This document shows, in pieces, positions 17,393-27,108 of a stretch of DNA of 64,000 bases (the first letter of the stretch is position 1; each line of letters opens with the position of its first letter). The DNA comes from Nannocystis bainbridge (lineage in GTDB: Bacteria > Myxococcota_A > Polyangia > Nannocystales > Nannocystaceae), in assembly GCF_028368995.1 (NCBI RefSeq), contig NZ_JAQNDL010000005.1, positions 544,001 to 608,000 of the forward strand, given 5' to 3'. Below the pieces are notes generated by a model that had not been told where the DNA came from, searched no databases, and worked only from the letters and a program-made list of their open reading frames with translations. A program made the translations under genes and the position numbers.

Positions 17393-20300
17393 ATGACCCA
17401 CTCCGTAGCGACCGCCGCCCTCGCGGACATGAAGTGGCTGCAACGCCTGGCCGCCGCCCTCGCACGCGACGCCGATGACGCCGCCGACCTCGTGCAGGAC
17501 ACACTCGTGGCTGCATGGTCCCACCCGCCGGCCGACGAGCACCAGCCGCTGCGTCCGTGGCTGGCGACCGTCCTTCGCAACCGCTTCCGCATGCAGCTGC
17601 GCACCCAGGCGCGCCGCGATCGGCGTGAGCAGTCCGGCGCGTCGACCGGGGCGACCACCACCGAGCCCGACCGGGAGTTGCTGCGCATCGAGCTGCTGCG
17701 GGTGCTCCTCCACGAGCTCGAGCAGCTCGCGCCCGAGGACCGGAAGATCCTGGTTCGTCGGTTCTTCCAGGGGGAGAGCGCGGCCGAGATCGCCCACGGG
17801 CTCGCCCTGCCCGCGGCGACCGTGCGCTCGCGCCTCCACCGCTCGCTCCAGCGGCTGCGTGCTCGACTGGACGAGCAATTCGGGGGGCGTTCGGCCTGGT
17901 GTGCCCTGGTCCTGCCCGCACCTCCCGGCGCCTCGATCCGACACGCGGGCCACAGCGGCACCATGAGCATCCCCGTGAAATTCATCCTCGGGACGGGCCT
18001 CGGTATCGTCGGTGTGGCCGGCTGGCTCGCGCTCACCGGACCATCCCCGGCACCTCCCTCCGCGGGCTCTACCGCCTCGCAACCCGTCCTGCAGCCACCG
18101 GTCGAAGGACGGGCGAGCACGGCCATCGAGCCGCGCCGTGCGGCTCGTGCAGCCATCTCCGGGTTCGTGCGCGATCGAGAGGGGGGCCCGGTCCCGGCCG
18201 CGACCGTGTGCGCGGCGTCCTCGTCGGAGGCGCTCGGCGCGTCCGAGCGGCGCGCGAGACCTTGCACGATCGCCGCGGCTGACGGCTCGTACCGCCTGGA
18301 CGGCCTGCTGGCAGCGCCGCATCGGGTCACCGCCAGCGCGCCGCATTTCATCCCGCAGGCGCATCGCAGCGGCACCGGGGCCCGGGCGCGCGAGCTGGTG
18401 CTCCTGCGCTCCGGGCAGGAAGAGCACGGCATCGACATCACGCTGCTGCCCGGCGGGGTCCAGCTCGTCGGCATCGTGCGCGACCTCGGCGGCGGTGAGG
18501 TCGATGGGGCGATCCTCGAAGCGGGCGACGCAGCCGGATACTCGGGCGCGGACGGGAGGTTCTCGCTGTGGGTCCCACCGGGCGAGGTGCTTGTGACAGC
18601 GACCGCGGAGGGCTATGCGGACAGGCAAGCCTCCGGACGCGCGCCGGGATTGACGCTAGAGATCCTCATGACTCCGGAGTCGGTGTTGCTCGGCCGGGTG
18701 GTGCGTGCCGATGATGGATCGCCGGTCGCAGGCGCCGAGGTGAGCGCGCTCGACGGCGGCTGGGGTCGCAAGGGGCCGTCGTTCACCGACGCGTCCGGGA
18801 ACTTCAGGATCGACGCGCTGCGACCCGGAGCCTACAAGGCGCGGGCGCTGCATGACGATGGTTATGGGGCCGGCGAGGCGCTGGTGGTGCTCGGCCTCGG
18901 TGAAACATCCGCGCCGGTCGAGGTTCGCATGCACCCGGCTTTCCTGGTCGAAGGGACAGTCGTGATCACTGGCGGAGGCAATTGCGATCGCGGCTCGGTC
19001 ATCCTCTCGGACCCCCACGGCCAGCGTCACTCGCCTATCGCCCCCGACGGCCGGGTGCGGGTCCCCGGGCTGTTGCCCGGGAGTTACGAGGTGGATGTCA
19101 GGTGCGAAGGGTTCGCATCGGCGCCGAGCTACCCGCCTCTGACGATCGCCGACCGCAGCCTCCGCGAGCTGCGGTGGGAGGTCCGACCGGGCCAGACGAT
19201 CCGCGGCACGGTCGTCACCACCACCCGTGGACCCTTCACTGCGATGACGGTGACGGCGAGCCCGCAAGCCGACCCGAGCCGCGCGAACGCGCAGTCGACC
19301 AGCGGACGCGCGCAGGCTGACAGCGCCGGACGATTCGAAGTCACGGGCCTGCTGCCGGGGCGCTATTCCATGCGCGTGTACGGCGGAGATCCACCGCAGC
19401 TCCTCGCGGGGCCCGAGGTCGAGGTTCGTGAGGGGCATGACCTCGACGACATCCGCATCGAGCTCCCCGCGGCCGGTGAGGTCCGCGGCGAGGTCCGCGA
19501 CTTCCACGGCCGAGCCATCCCCGGTGCGCGCGTCTTGCTGCGCGGACCGACCCACGCGCAGACGACCAGCCTCGATGACGGGAGCTTCCGTCTCTCCGGC
19601 ATCGCCCCCGGCGCGTACCAGGCGAGCGTGAACAAGAGCTACCAGCCGCTGCGCATGCACGGCGCAAACGACGGCGAGCAGCCGCGCGTGGCGGTCGAAG
19701 CCGGCGAGACCGCGGTCCTCGACCTCGTCGTCGAGGCCCCGGACGGGCGGATCTCCGGACGGGTCGTGGATGGCGACGCGGCAGCGCTCGACGACGTCTT
19801 CGTCGAGGTCTTGCGCGAGCCCGAGAGCGGCCCGCCCGGGGCCGCCTTGCGCGACATGCGGTGGAGCATGGACCGCGGCCTGCGGCCGCGCATGACCGAC
19901 AGCGAGGGGAGATTCGAGTTCGGCGAGCTGCCTGAAGGGACCTATGCGCTCGTGGCCCACCGGCGCGGCGGCGGCGAGGGAGTGCTCGAGCGCGTGGCGC
20001 TGGGCAGCGAGGTCATCGTCAAGATCGCCGCGCCGGGCTCGCTGGTCGGGCGGGTGCGCTTGCCCGGCGGCGGCGGGCCGGAGCGATTCTCGGTGGAGCT
20101 CCGCGATGTCGCGTCCGGCTACCAGGTGCGCGACAGCTTCTTCCGCACCGACGGGACGTTCGCGTTCCCGCAGGTGCCCGCGGGCGACTTCGTGGTCGCA
20201 GTCGAGGCGCCCGAGGGCGCGGGCAAGGCCGAGGTCACGCTGGCGACGGGCCAGCGCGCGCAGGTCGAGGTCGCGCTGGCGGGACGCGTGACCGTCCGCG

Positions 20301-20878
20301 GCCGCGTGCTCGACCTCGACACCGGCGCCCCGGTCCCGGGGATGCGCGTGAAGTTCGGCGCGGAGGGGAGAGAGGCGTTCATCAGCTCGGCCGACCACGT
20401 CGACGAGCGCTCCGTGACCGACGCGGAGGGCCGGTTCGAAGTCGCCGACGTGCCTGTCGGCCAGGCGACGGTGATCGTGACTGCCAGGAGCTTCGGAGCG
20501 ACGAGCGACCACGAGACCCTCTGGTCGCGCGCGCAGATCTCGAGCGGCAGCGTGGTCGAACTGGCGCCGCTCGAGGTGCTGCGACGCCGGCTTCAACCCG
20601 ATGACGAGGCCGGTGAGCTCGGAGTGACGATGCTTCGAGACGACCCAGCGGCGGGAGCGAAGGCGGCCCGGCCGACCGTCGCATTCGTGCAGCCTGGCGG
20701 CCCGGCGGCGCGCGCCGGCCTGCGGATCGGCGACGTGATCGTCGCCGTCGACGGCCATGACGTCACCGGCGACCACGTGCATCGCTTCGACGCCCTGACG
20801 CGAGTACCCGCGGGCACCGAGCTCCGCCTCGAGCTCGCGCGAGGAGACAGCGTCACGCTGATCGCCGCACGACGATGA
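17393..20878 (+). CDS. ECF sigma factor fused via a TM helix to carboxypeptidase-regulatory-like repeats and a C-terminal PDZ domain
   Basis: AADLVQDT...WLATVLRN (sigma2); SAAEIA...TVRSRLHR (sigma4); TM FILGTGLGIVGVAGWLAL; repeated GRV.D..G.PV.GA.V...TD..G.F; PDZ VQPGGPAARAGLRIGDVIVAVDG. Confidence 0.92.
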   Translation: MTHSVATAALADMKWLQRLAAALARDADDAADLVQDTLVAAWSHPPADEHQPLRPWLATVLRNRFRMQLRTQARRDRREQSGASTGATTTEPDRELLRIELLRVLLHELEQLAPEDRKILVRRFFQGESAAEIAHGLALPAATVRSRLHRSLQRLRARLDEQFGGRSAWCALVLPAPPGASIRHAGHSGTMSIPVKFILGTGLGIVGVAGWLALTGPSPAPPSAGSTASQPVLQPPVEGRASTAIEPRRAARAAISGFVRDREGGPVPAATVCAASSSEALGASERRARPCTIAAADGSYRLDGLLAAPHRVTASAPHFIPQAHRSGTGARARELVLLRSGQEEHGIDITLLPGGVQLVGIVRDLGGGEVDGAILEAGDAAGYSGADGRFSLWVPPGEVLVTATAEGYADRQASGRAPGLTLEILMTPESVLLGRVVRADDGSPVAGAEVSALDGGWGRKGPSFTDASGNFRIDALRPGAYKARALHDDGYGAGEALVVLGLGETSAPVEVRMHPAFLVEGTVVITGGGNCDRGSVILSDPHGQRHSPIAPDGRVRVPGLLPGSYEVDVRCEGFASAPSYPPLTIADRSLRELRWEVRPGQTIRGTVVTTTRGPFTAMTVTASPQADPSRANAQSTSGRAQADSAGRFEVTGLLPGRYSMRVYGGDPPQLLAGPEVEVREGHDLDDIRIELPAAGEVRGEVRDFHGRAIPGARVLLRGPTHAQTTSLDDGSFRLSGIAPGAYQASVNKSYQPLRMHGANDGEQPRVAVEAGETAVLDLVVEAPDGRISGRVVDGDAAALDDVFVEVLREPESGPPGAALRDMRWSMDRGLRPRMTDSEGRFEFGELPEGTYALVAHRRGGGEGVLERVALGSEVIVKIAAPGSLVGRVRLPGGGGPERFSVELRDVASGYQVRDSFFRTDGTFAFPQVPAGDFVVAVEAPEGAGKAEVTLATGQRAQVEVALAGRVTVRGRVLDLDTGAPVPGMRVKFGAEGREAFISSADHVDERSVTDAEGRFEVADVPVGQATVIVTARSFGATSDHETLWSRAQISSGSVVELAPLEVLRRRLQPDDEAGELGVTMLRDDPAAGAKAARPTVAFVQPGGPAARAGLRIGDVIVAVDGHDVTGDHVHRFDALTRVPAGTELRLELARGDSVTLIAARR

Positions 20879-20903
20879 ATCGCCGGACCGACGCGACGCG
20901 TGA

Positions 20904-21584
20904 TCACCGGCCTCTCGCCGACGCCTTCGACTCTCCCTTCTCGAGCGCGAGCATCGTGACGCTGCGGCGCGTCTTCAGGCGGGCGTGGGCCCGCAGCGCC
21001 ATGCCCGGGTGCCAGCGGTAGGCGGCGTGCAGCAGCGCCGAGTACGGGTGGACGAGCACCAGGAGACCTCCGGGCGCCAGCACGCGCATCACCTCGCGTC
21101 GCAGCGCCCGGCCGTAGCGCGAGAACGGGAACGGGGCGAGGTAGTACAGCAGCTCCGAGATCACGATCGCGTCGTACTCGCCGCTCCGCAGCCCGCGCAG
21201 CACCGTCAGCGCGTCGCCGACGTGGTCCTCGCCAGCGACCTCGACCCGCGCCCGCGCCCGCTCGACCGCCGCCGCCGAGATGTCGACCAGGCTGATCCGC
21301 TCCCCGTGGGCCCGCAGATGCCGCGCCAAAAAGCCCTCGCCGCAGCCGACGTCGAGCAAATGACGCGCACGCCGCCCCTGCAGCCCGTAGGCGGCCATCG
21401 CCCGCTTGAGCTCGTCGTAGCGGCTGGCCGCGTACCCCCACGGATCGACGCGCTCGTACTTGGCGTCGAAGAACGCCTGGCCGAAGCCGCTCTCGTTCCA
21501 TAGCTGTCGCAGGTAGTGCCCGAAATCGCGGAGGTCGCCGAGGTAGACGCCGAGGAAGGTCTTGCGAGGTTGCTTCGCGGTCAT
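20904..21584 (-). CDS. SAM-dependent methyltransferase (NodS-like)
   Basis: FFDAKYERVDPWGY...YDELKR, LLDVGCGEG, YDAIVISELLYYL. Confidence 0.85.
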   Translation of the reverse strand: MTAKQPRKTFLGVYLGDLRDFGHYLRQLWNESGFGQAFFDAKYERVDPWGYAASRYDELKRAMAAYGLQGRRARHLLDVGCGEGFLARHLRAHGERISLVDISAAAVERARARVEVAGEDHVGDALTVLRGLRSGEYDAIVISELLYYLAPFPFSRYGRALRREVMRVLAPGGLLVLVHPYSALLHAAYRWHPGMALRAHARLKTRRSVTMLALEKGESKASARGR

Positions 21585-21760
21585 CGTGCGGGGAACCTGT
21601 AAAGTGGGAGCTCGGGGGTGGATGGCAGGAAAACGCCGAGAGGTCCGCGGATGATAGGCCGAGGCGACGACCGCCGCACGGGACTCGCCTCTGGTGTTCA
21701 GGCCTCAGGCGACGCGAGGGCGTCGGAGATCGAAGCAGCGGCGGTGTCGAAGCGGAGACC

Positions 21761-22483
21761 ATGCGCCAGGCTCTGCCGCTCCGCGTCCGCGCGATGACAC
21801 CGCTCGTCTGGCTCCTGGGCGCCGCCTGCCCGCCGAATGGCACCACGACCGCGACCGAGGGCCCGGGCCCGGGCCCGACGACCGGCGATTCCGGAACGAC
21901 GGCGAACCATTCGGGTGCGAGCATGGGTGGCCCCACGGGCGACCCGCCGGACACCACGGGTGACTCGGACGGCACCTGCGAGCCGACCGCTGGCGAGCCG
22001 GTCTGCAGCGCCATCCCGGTGACTCCGGGCGGCGACCTCGGGTGCGGCGGCGAGGAGCTCACGATCTCCGGCTGCGATCAGCTCGCCGGCTACGAGCTCT
22101 GCCCCAACCTCGCGGTCCACCGCCACACCGCCAGTATCCCGTGCGACGACAGCCAGCTCTGCGATCCCCGGTTCTCCTGTAGCACCGACGAGGAGTGCGG
22201 CCCCGGCGAGGCCTGCGTCTGCGACGTCACCTGGGGCGAAGACCACCCCACCCCGGGGCCATTCTCACGATACACCTCATGCGTATCGGCGCAGTGCCGT
22301 ACGGACGCGGATTGCGCCTTTGGCATGCGCTGCGGGGTCGATACCCATTGTCGTGATGTCCAGGGGCTCTACTGTCACACCCCGGAGGACGGCTGCGAGG
22401 GCGACGCCGACTGCCCGGAGCGCTGCGGCTATTCGCCCGAGGAGAAGCGGTGGTTCTGCATGGGACACGTGTTCTGTGAGTGA
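21761..22483 (+). CDS. Cys-rich lipoprotein
   Basis: Lipobox LLGAAC, Thr/Gly linker, Cys-rich C-terminus (CSTDEEC, CRTDADC). Confidence 0.75.
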   Translation: MRQALPLRVRAMTPLVWLLGAACPPNGTTTATEGPGPGPTTGDSGTTANHSGASMGGPTGDPPDTTGDSDGTCEPTAGEPVCSAIPVTPGGDLGCGGEELTISGCDQLAGYELCPNLAVHRHTASIPCDDSQLCDPRFSCSTDEECGPGEACVCDVTWGEDHPTPGPFSRYTSCVSAQCRTDADCAFGMRCGVDTHCRDVQGLYCHTPEDGCEGDADCPERCGYSPEEKRWFCMGHVFCE

Positions 22484-22493
22484 GGGGGAGAGC

Positions 22494-23270
22494 ATGAAGG
22501 GGCGAGCCATCGACCGAAGTCGCCATCGTCAGGCCGCCACGAGCTCGCCGCGCGCCTGGTCCGTGTTCGTCAGCGCGGCCCTCGCAGGCGCGTGCCAGCA
22601 ACCGAGCGGCGTCCCGGAGACCACGGCGAGCGCCGCAACGACGACCACCGGCGCCGCGCAGACGACCGCGAACGCGTCCACCACCACGGGCGGGTCGACC
22701 GGGGCCAGCGCAACGACGACGCACGGGGGAGGCTCGAGCTCGGAGACCGAGGGCGAGTGCCCGATCCTCGAGGACCCCACGACCGGAGCGATCAACCCGC
22801 AGGTCGTCGAGGAGTGCGACGCCCTCTGCGCTCACTATCAAGAGTGCGGCTTCAAGGAGCACGCGCTCTGTCAAATGGGGTGTGTGGCCAAATTCGGGCT
22901 CGACCATCAGGACTGCTTCGAGGCGAGGAGCGCGGCGCGAAAGTGCCTGATGGCGCTGGCCTGCGAGGAGCTGGGCGAGTACCTCCAATTCAACGAGGGA
23001 GGCTCCTGCGCCCAGCTGCTCGAGGACGAGCATCAGGCGTGCACGTGTCAGACGCAGTCGGGCATGCACAGCGGGGGCGACGCGTGCACCTACAGGCTCG
23101 ACTGCCCGTATGTGCCGCTTCGCAGGATGGTCTGCGGCCAGGGCACCTGCGAGTGCTACGTCGGCGATGACGTGGTAAAGACCTGCCCGCAGGGCGACAC
23201 CTGCCAGGACTGGCTCGACCTGTGGGACAAGGCCGAGTCGTGCTGCTGTATGGTCCTCGGACCGAAGTAG
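22494..23270 (+). CDS. Cys-rich lipoprotein
   Basis: GGGGAG RBS; lipobox LAGAC; Thr-rich linker; C...C.....C helical Cys domain. Confidence 0.75.
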   Translation: MKGRAIDRSRHRQAATSSPRAWSVFVSAALAGACQQPSGVPETTASAATTTTGAAQTTANASTTTGGSTGASATTTHGGGSSSETEGECPILEDPTTGAINPQVVEECDALCAHYQECGFKEHALCQMGCVAKFGLDHQDCFEARSAARKCLMALACEELGEYLQFNEGGSCAQLLEDEHQACTCQTQSGMHSGGDACTYRLDCPYVPLRRMVCGQGTCECYVGDDVVKTCPQGDTCQDWLDLWDKAESCCCMVLGPK

Positions 23271-23372
23271 CCGCGAAGATCGACCGGCTCACGGCGACGG
23301 CCCCTATGACGCCTCGCTCGTGCGCGTCCTGTTCACGGATGCGATGAAACGACCTCGGCCGCTCCGGCCGGC

Positions 23373-24722
23373 TCAGCGCGCCGGGAACAGCAGGCCGACC
23401 GCAGACCACGCGAGCACGAGGCCCGGCACCGCGAACACTGCGAAGCCGATCACGCGGAACAGCAGCTCGGCCTGGAACATGCCGACCGCGTCGTCGATGG
23501 TGGTGGCCTGGCGCTCCTGGCGGATCGGCGTGCGCGGCGTGGCGACGGCGACGATGTTGCTGGCGCGGCAATAGGCGCAGCCGACGACCAATCCGTCGTC
23601 GGCGGCCGCGAGCGGGGCCCCGCACACCCGGCAGCGCAGCGGACTGCCGGCGCGGTCCGGCGGGGTGGCGGCGAAATCGAGGGTCAGCACGCGCACGGCC
23701 CGGCGACGACAGGTGTAGAGCCCGGCGGCGATCGGCAGGGAGATCCCAAGCAGCAGCGGCGGCGCGAAAAGACCGACGAACGCGGCCCCGTCGAGCGCAT
23801 CACGCCACAACAGCGCGCTGAAGATCGCCAGCGCGAGCAGCCACAGCAGCACCGGCAGTCCCGCGAGACCCAGCACCAGCGCCTGCGTCCACCCGGCGCG
23901 CGGCTGGGCGAGCAGGCGTCGCAATCTCCGGTGGTTGCGGGCGGCCAGCGCCGCCCCTCGCGAGACCTCGCGCAGGCGCGTGCGCAGCAGCTCGGGCATC
24001 GCACAGGCCGCGCCGCAGTGGCGGCACTGCACCGCCGGTGCATCGGCGGGGGCGACCGCCGCCCCGCAACCCGGGCAGCCCACGACATCGGGCGCGTCGG
24101 CAGGCCGCGGCTCCGGCGGCCTCAGAGCGGCGGGCTTCGGCTGCTCGCGCTCCATCGCTTCTGGTCTGTGCTGCTTCCTGCGCTTCTTCCCGCGCCCGCG
24201 CGCCTCGGTGAGCGCGTTCGGGTCGAACTCGGCGACCACGCCGTCGGGCAGCGGATCGAGTCCGTTGTACGCGCGCAATACGTCGAGCACCGCCGTGAAG
24301 CTCGCCAGCTCGTCGCCGCGGGCGAGCACGACGGAGCCGCCGTCACGGCTGGCGATCACGAGGCGGCGCATGAAGATGCCGTCGTCTTGGACGACGGCGC
24401 AGCGGGCCGGGTCGACGTCGGCCCACGCGAGGCGTACGCCGTCGGCCGCGCCACCGACCACGCGCAGGCCCTCCCGCGCGATGTACACGTCGGCGGGCCG
24501 CTGGGCCCACGCGTGGGCCGGGAAGCTCCACCACGCGGCGGCGAGGAACGACCCGACCAGCAGCACCAGCACCGCGACGATCCAGTGACCGGTGGCGAGC
24601 AAGGGGATCGCCGCAAGAGTTACCGTGCACGCCGCCGTCCACACACCGACGAACCCGAGGTCCTCGGCGAAGCCGTCGCCGGTGAACAGCGGGATGCGGA
24701 TCGGCGGCTCCTCGAGCGACAT
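23373..24722 (-). CDS. Membrane protein with two zinc-ribbon modules
   Basis: Several TM segments; CPGCG...CRHCG and CRVCG...CAYC. Confidence 0.75.
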   Translation of the reverse strand: MSLEEPPIRIPLFTGDGFAEDLGFVGVWTAACTVTLAAIPLLATGHWIVAVLVLLVGSFLAAAWWSFPAHAWAQRPADVYIAREGLRVVGGAADGVRLAWADVDPARCAVVQDDGIFMRRLVIASRDGGSVVLARGDELASFTAVLDVLRAYNGLDPLPDGVVAEFDPNALTEARGRGKKRRKQHRPEAMEREQPKPAALRPPEPRPADAPDVVGCPGCGAAVAPADAPAVQCRHCGAACAMPELLRTRLREVSRGAALAARNHRRLRRLLAQPRAGWTQALVLGLAGLPVLLWLLALAIFSALLWRDALDGAAFVGLFAPPLLLGISLPIAAGLYTCRRRAVRVLTLDFAATPPDRAGSPLRCRVCGAPLAAADDGLVVGCAYCRASNIVAVATPRTPIRQERQATTIDDAVGMFQAELLFRVIGFAVFAVPGLVLAWSAVGLLFPAR

Positions 24723-24799
24723 GACGCCAGTGTAGCGGCCTTCCGCGCGCGGTCGGGGCTCCTACGTCGCGGCGCCGGGCGAGGACGCGCCGCGGCTTC

Positions 24800-24870
24800 C
24801 CTGCCCTCCGTCACGCCGACCGGCTGCCCCATCACCCGGTACCTCGGCGTCTTCGCCAGCCGCCATCACC
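24800..24870 (+). pseudogene. Possible IS91-family transposase scar
   Basis: Peptide PITRYLGVFASRHH resembles the IS91/Y2 transposase C-terminal RY.GVFA motif; very short. Confidence 0.35.
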
Positions 24871-24922
24871 ACACCTCGTTCGCCCGCGCGGGCCGGCGAC
24901 CGAGGCGGCTCTCGCTCGGAGC

Positions 24923-25465
24923 TCAGAAGCTGAAGCCGGTCGTCGGGTCGTAGGTGACGCCGTCACCCGCGACGGACCGCAGGAACCACGTCAGCATCGC
25001 GTCGAAGCTCGGATGCTCGTCGCGCACGAGGCCCTCGCGTCGCGTCCAGGAGCGCACTGCGCCGTCCGTGCAGAGCGCGTGGTAGCGGCCGAGGCATGCG
25101 TCGGGTGGATCGTAGGTCGACGCGATCGGCAGCGCGCCCTTCGGCCACGACGGTGTCGCGTCGAGGGTGGCGCGCTCGCGCAGCACCACGCGCGCCGGCA
25201 GGAACTGCAACTCACCGAAGTACGGGAAGCTGGTCTCGATCGTGTCCGCTCCGCCGAAGGCGCGCAAAAATTCGAGGTAGCCGGCCGGCGCGTGGCTCGT
25301 GGCGATGGCGTCGAGGTCGGCGGCGGTCACCGGTCGCGGCGCGAACCAGCGGCCGCGCTCACGCCCGATCCGCGCCATCGCGGGCGGGAGGAGTGCGGCC
25401 CACGGAGCGTGGAGGTCCTGCGGCACCGCGGGGGGCTTCGGGGTCGTTCGCTTGCGAGCAGCCAC
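24923..25465 (-). CDS. SMI1/KNR4 (SUKH) family immunity-like protein
   Basis: PAGYLEFLRAFGG...LPIA...YHALCTDGAVRSW...PSFDAML. Confidence 0.75.
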   Translation of the reverse strand: MAARKRTTPKPPAVPQDLHAPWAALLPPAMARIGRERGRWFAPRPVTAADLDAIATSHAPAGYLEFLRAFGGADTIETSFPYFGELQFLPARVVLRERATLDATPSWPKGALPIASTYDPPDACLGRYHALCTDGAVRSWTRREGLVRDEHPSFDAMLTWFLRSVAGDGVTYDPTTGFSF

Positions 25466-25526
25466 GCGTCGAGTGTACTGCGCGGAGACGTTCCGCGGAG
25501 ACGCGCCTCTGAGGGAAGCGCGGGGT

Positions 25527-26390
25527 CTATTGCGGCAAATAGAACCCCGGCGCGTCCGCGGGGAGATCGAGGGACTCGGGCTGCTTCATGAGCTGCGGGT
25601 TCTTCTTCAAGCCGGTCATCTCGTGCAACGTCGGCTCGATCGTCGTGTCGGTGCCGTAGCCGCCCTCGGGCCTTCGGTCAGGGCGGAAATCGAGGCGTAT
25701 CCCGTCGCTCCCTGGCAGATCGATCCGCACGGAGCGCCCACCGTAGCCTGGCCCCATGGGCTCCGAGGTGAAGGTCGTCGCGCTCTTCGTCACGACGGCG
25801 CCCTTCTCCAGCTTCCGCGTGCGGATCTCGAGCGAGCCGCTGGTGGCCTCGCGCGGGTCCACCCCGAAATCGAGGAGGATCTCGTGGCCATGGCGCACGA
25901 GGTACAGGTCGTGGTGGTCCATCTCGGCGACGGCATCCAGGGAGAGCTGATCCAGGGGTGTCCCGCCCGGCGGGTCGTTGACCTGCGTGCTCAACACCCA
26001 CACCGTCTGATCGCACACGAGGACCTCGCCGCAGATCTGGCAGTCCTTCTCGATCTTCTTCGGCGCTGCTTCCTTACCGGTGGCCTCCTCCAAGACGTCG
26101 TAGGTCAGCGCGACCTTGCCGTCGCGCGCCTCGAGCTGGAGATCGTTGCTGCGCCGCCACAGCATCGGCGGACCATGCATCGAGCCGCGGCCGCCGTCGC
26201 GACGCGCCCAGTGCTTGCCCACGACCGCCTTGCGGATCTCGTCTCCCCCGAGGCGCTCGCGCGGGTAGAGGGTGGCGACGGCAGCACAGGCCTCCACCGC
26301 GGCTTCCTCGGCCCCGGGGCCTGGCGACGTGGGCGAGCACCCGGCGACGAGGTTCCATACGACGGTGGTGAGCACGACGACGCGGCGCAT
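25527..26390 (-). CDS. Hypothetical lipoprotein
   Basis: MRRVVVLTTVVWNLVAGC lipobox-like signal; globular composition. Confidence 0.7.
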   Translation of the reverse strand: MRRVVVLTTVVWNLVAGCSPTSPGPGAEEAAVEACAAVATLYPRERLGGDEIRKAVVGKHWARRDGGRGSMHGPPMLWRRSNDLQLEARDGKVALTYDVLEEATGKEAAPKKIEKDCQICGEVLVCDQTVWVLSTQVNDPPGGTPLDQLSLDAVAEMDHHDLYLVRHGHEILLDFGVDPREATSGSLEIRTRKLEKGAVVTKSATTFTSEPMGPGYGGRSVRIDLPGSDGIRLDFRPDRRPEGGYGTDTTIEPTLHEMTGLKKNPQLMKQPESLDLPADAPGFYLPQ

Positions 26391-26576
26391 GAGCGCACGA
26401 TACCAGACCCAGGCCGCGATCCGGCCCGCGACGAATCGCAAGAGTGCGCGGACGCATCGCCGGCGAAGCGAGGACGCCGAGCGGAATCTCGGCGGACCAC
26501 GGGCGCGGCTCCGTGCTGCAGAGGCGCGACGAACTGCCCCCTGGACCCTCCGCCGGCCACTCCCTACACTCGACCG

Positions 26577-26972
26577 ATGCGGGACGCCCTCTCTCTGTCG
26601 CTGCTGCTCGCCTGCAACTCCGCCGCGCCGCCGTCGCCCGGCTCCGCCCCTGCCGCCTCGGCAGGCGCCGACGGTGCTGCAGCGCCGGCCGGGCCGATCG
26701 AGCTGACCGCGATCGCGCAGCAGCCGAGCCGCCTGCCCGATGGTACGGAGCTCGAGGTCGTCTCCGCCGGCTACGCGCACACCAAAGACGACCGCAACCT
26801 TTCGGACTGCAGGCTCGAGGTCCGCCGCGCGGGGCAACGCGAGACGCTGTCGCTCGAGCGCGTCGACGCCCCCGCGCCGCAAGTCGCGCTCGGGTGGCGC
26901 TTCACGCTCGATTCGGTCGCCGCGTACAACCCACCTGCAAAGTGCTTTCTGACGGCCGAGCGCGCCCCCTGA
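26577..26972 (+). CDS. Hypothetical lipoprotein
   Basis: MRDALSLSLLLAC, Pro/Ala linker, small beta domain. Confidence 0.65.
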   Translation: MRDALSLSLLLACNSAAPPSPGSAPAASAGADGAAAPAGPIELTAIAQQPSRLPDGTELEVVSAGYAHTKDDRNLSDCRLEVRRAGQRETLSLERVDAPAPQVALGWRFTLDSVAAYNPPAKCFLTAERAP

Positions 26973-27108
26973 CGATCCCGGCCGGTCGGCGGCCACGCGT
27001 GCGTGACGAGCGTCGCCCGGGCTTCGCTGTCGACATCACCCGACGCCGAAGAGCAGCGCCCGCATGCGCGTCAAGGACTCCCAGCGGGCGCCAATCATGT
27101 CACCCAAC

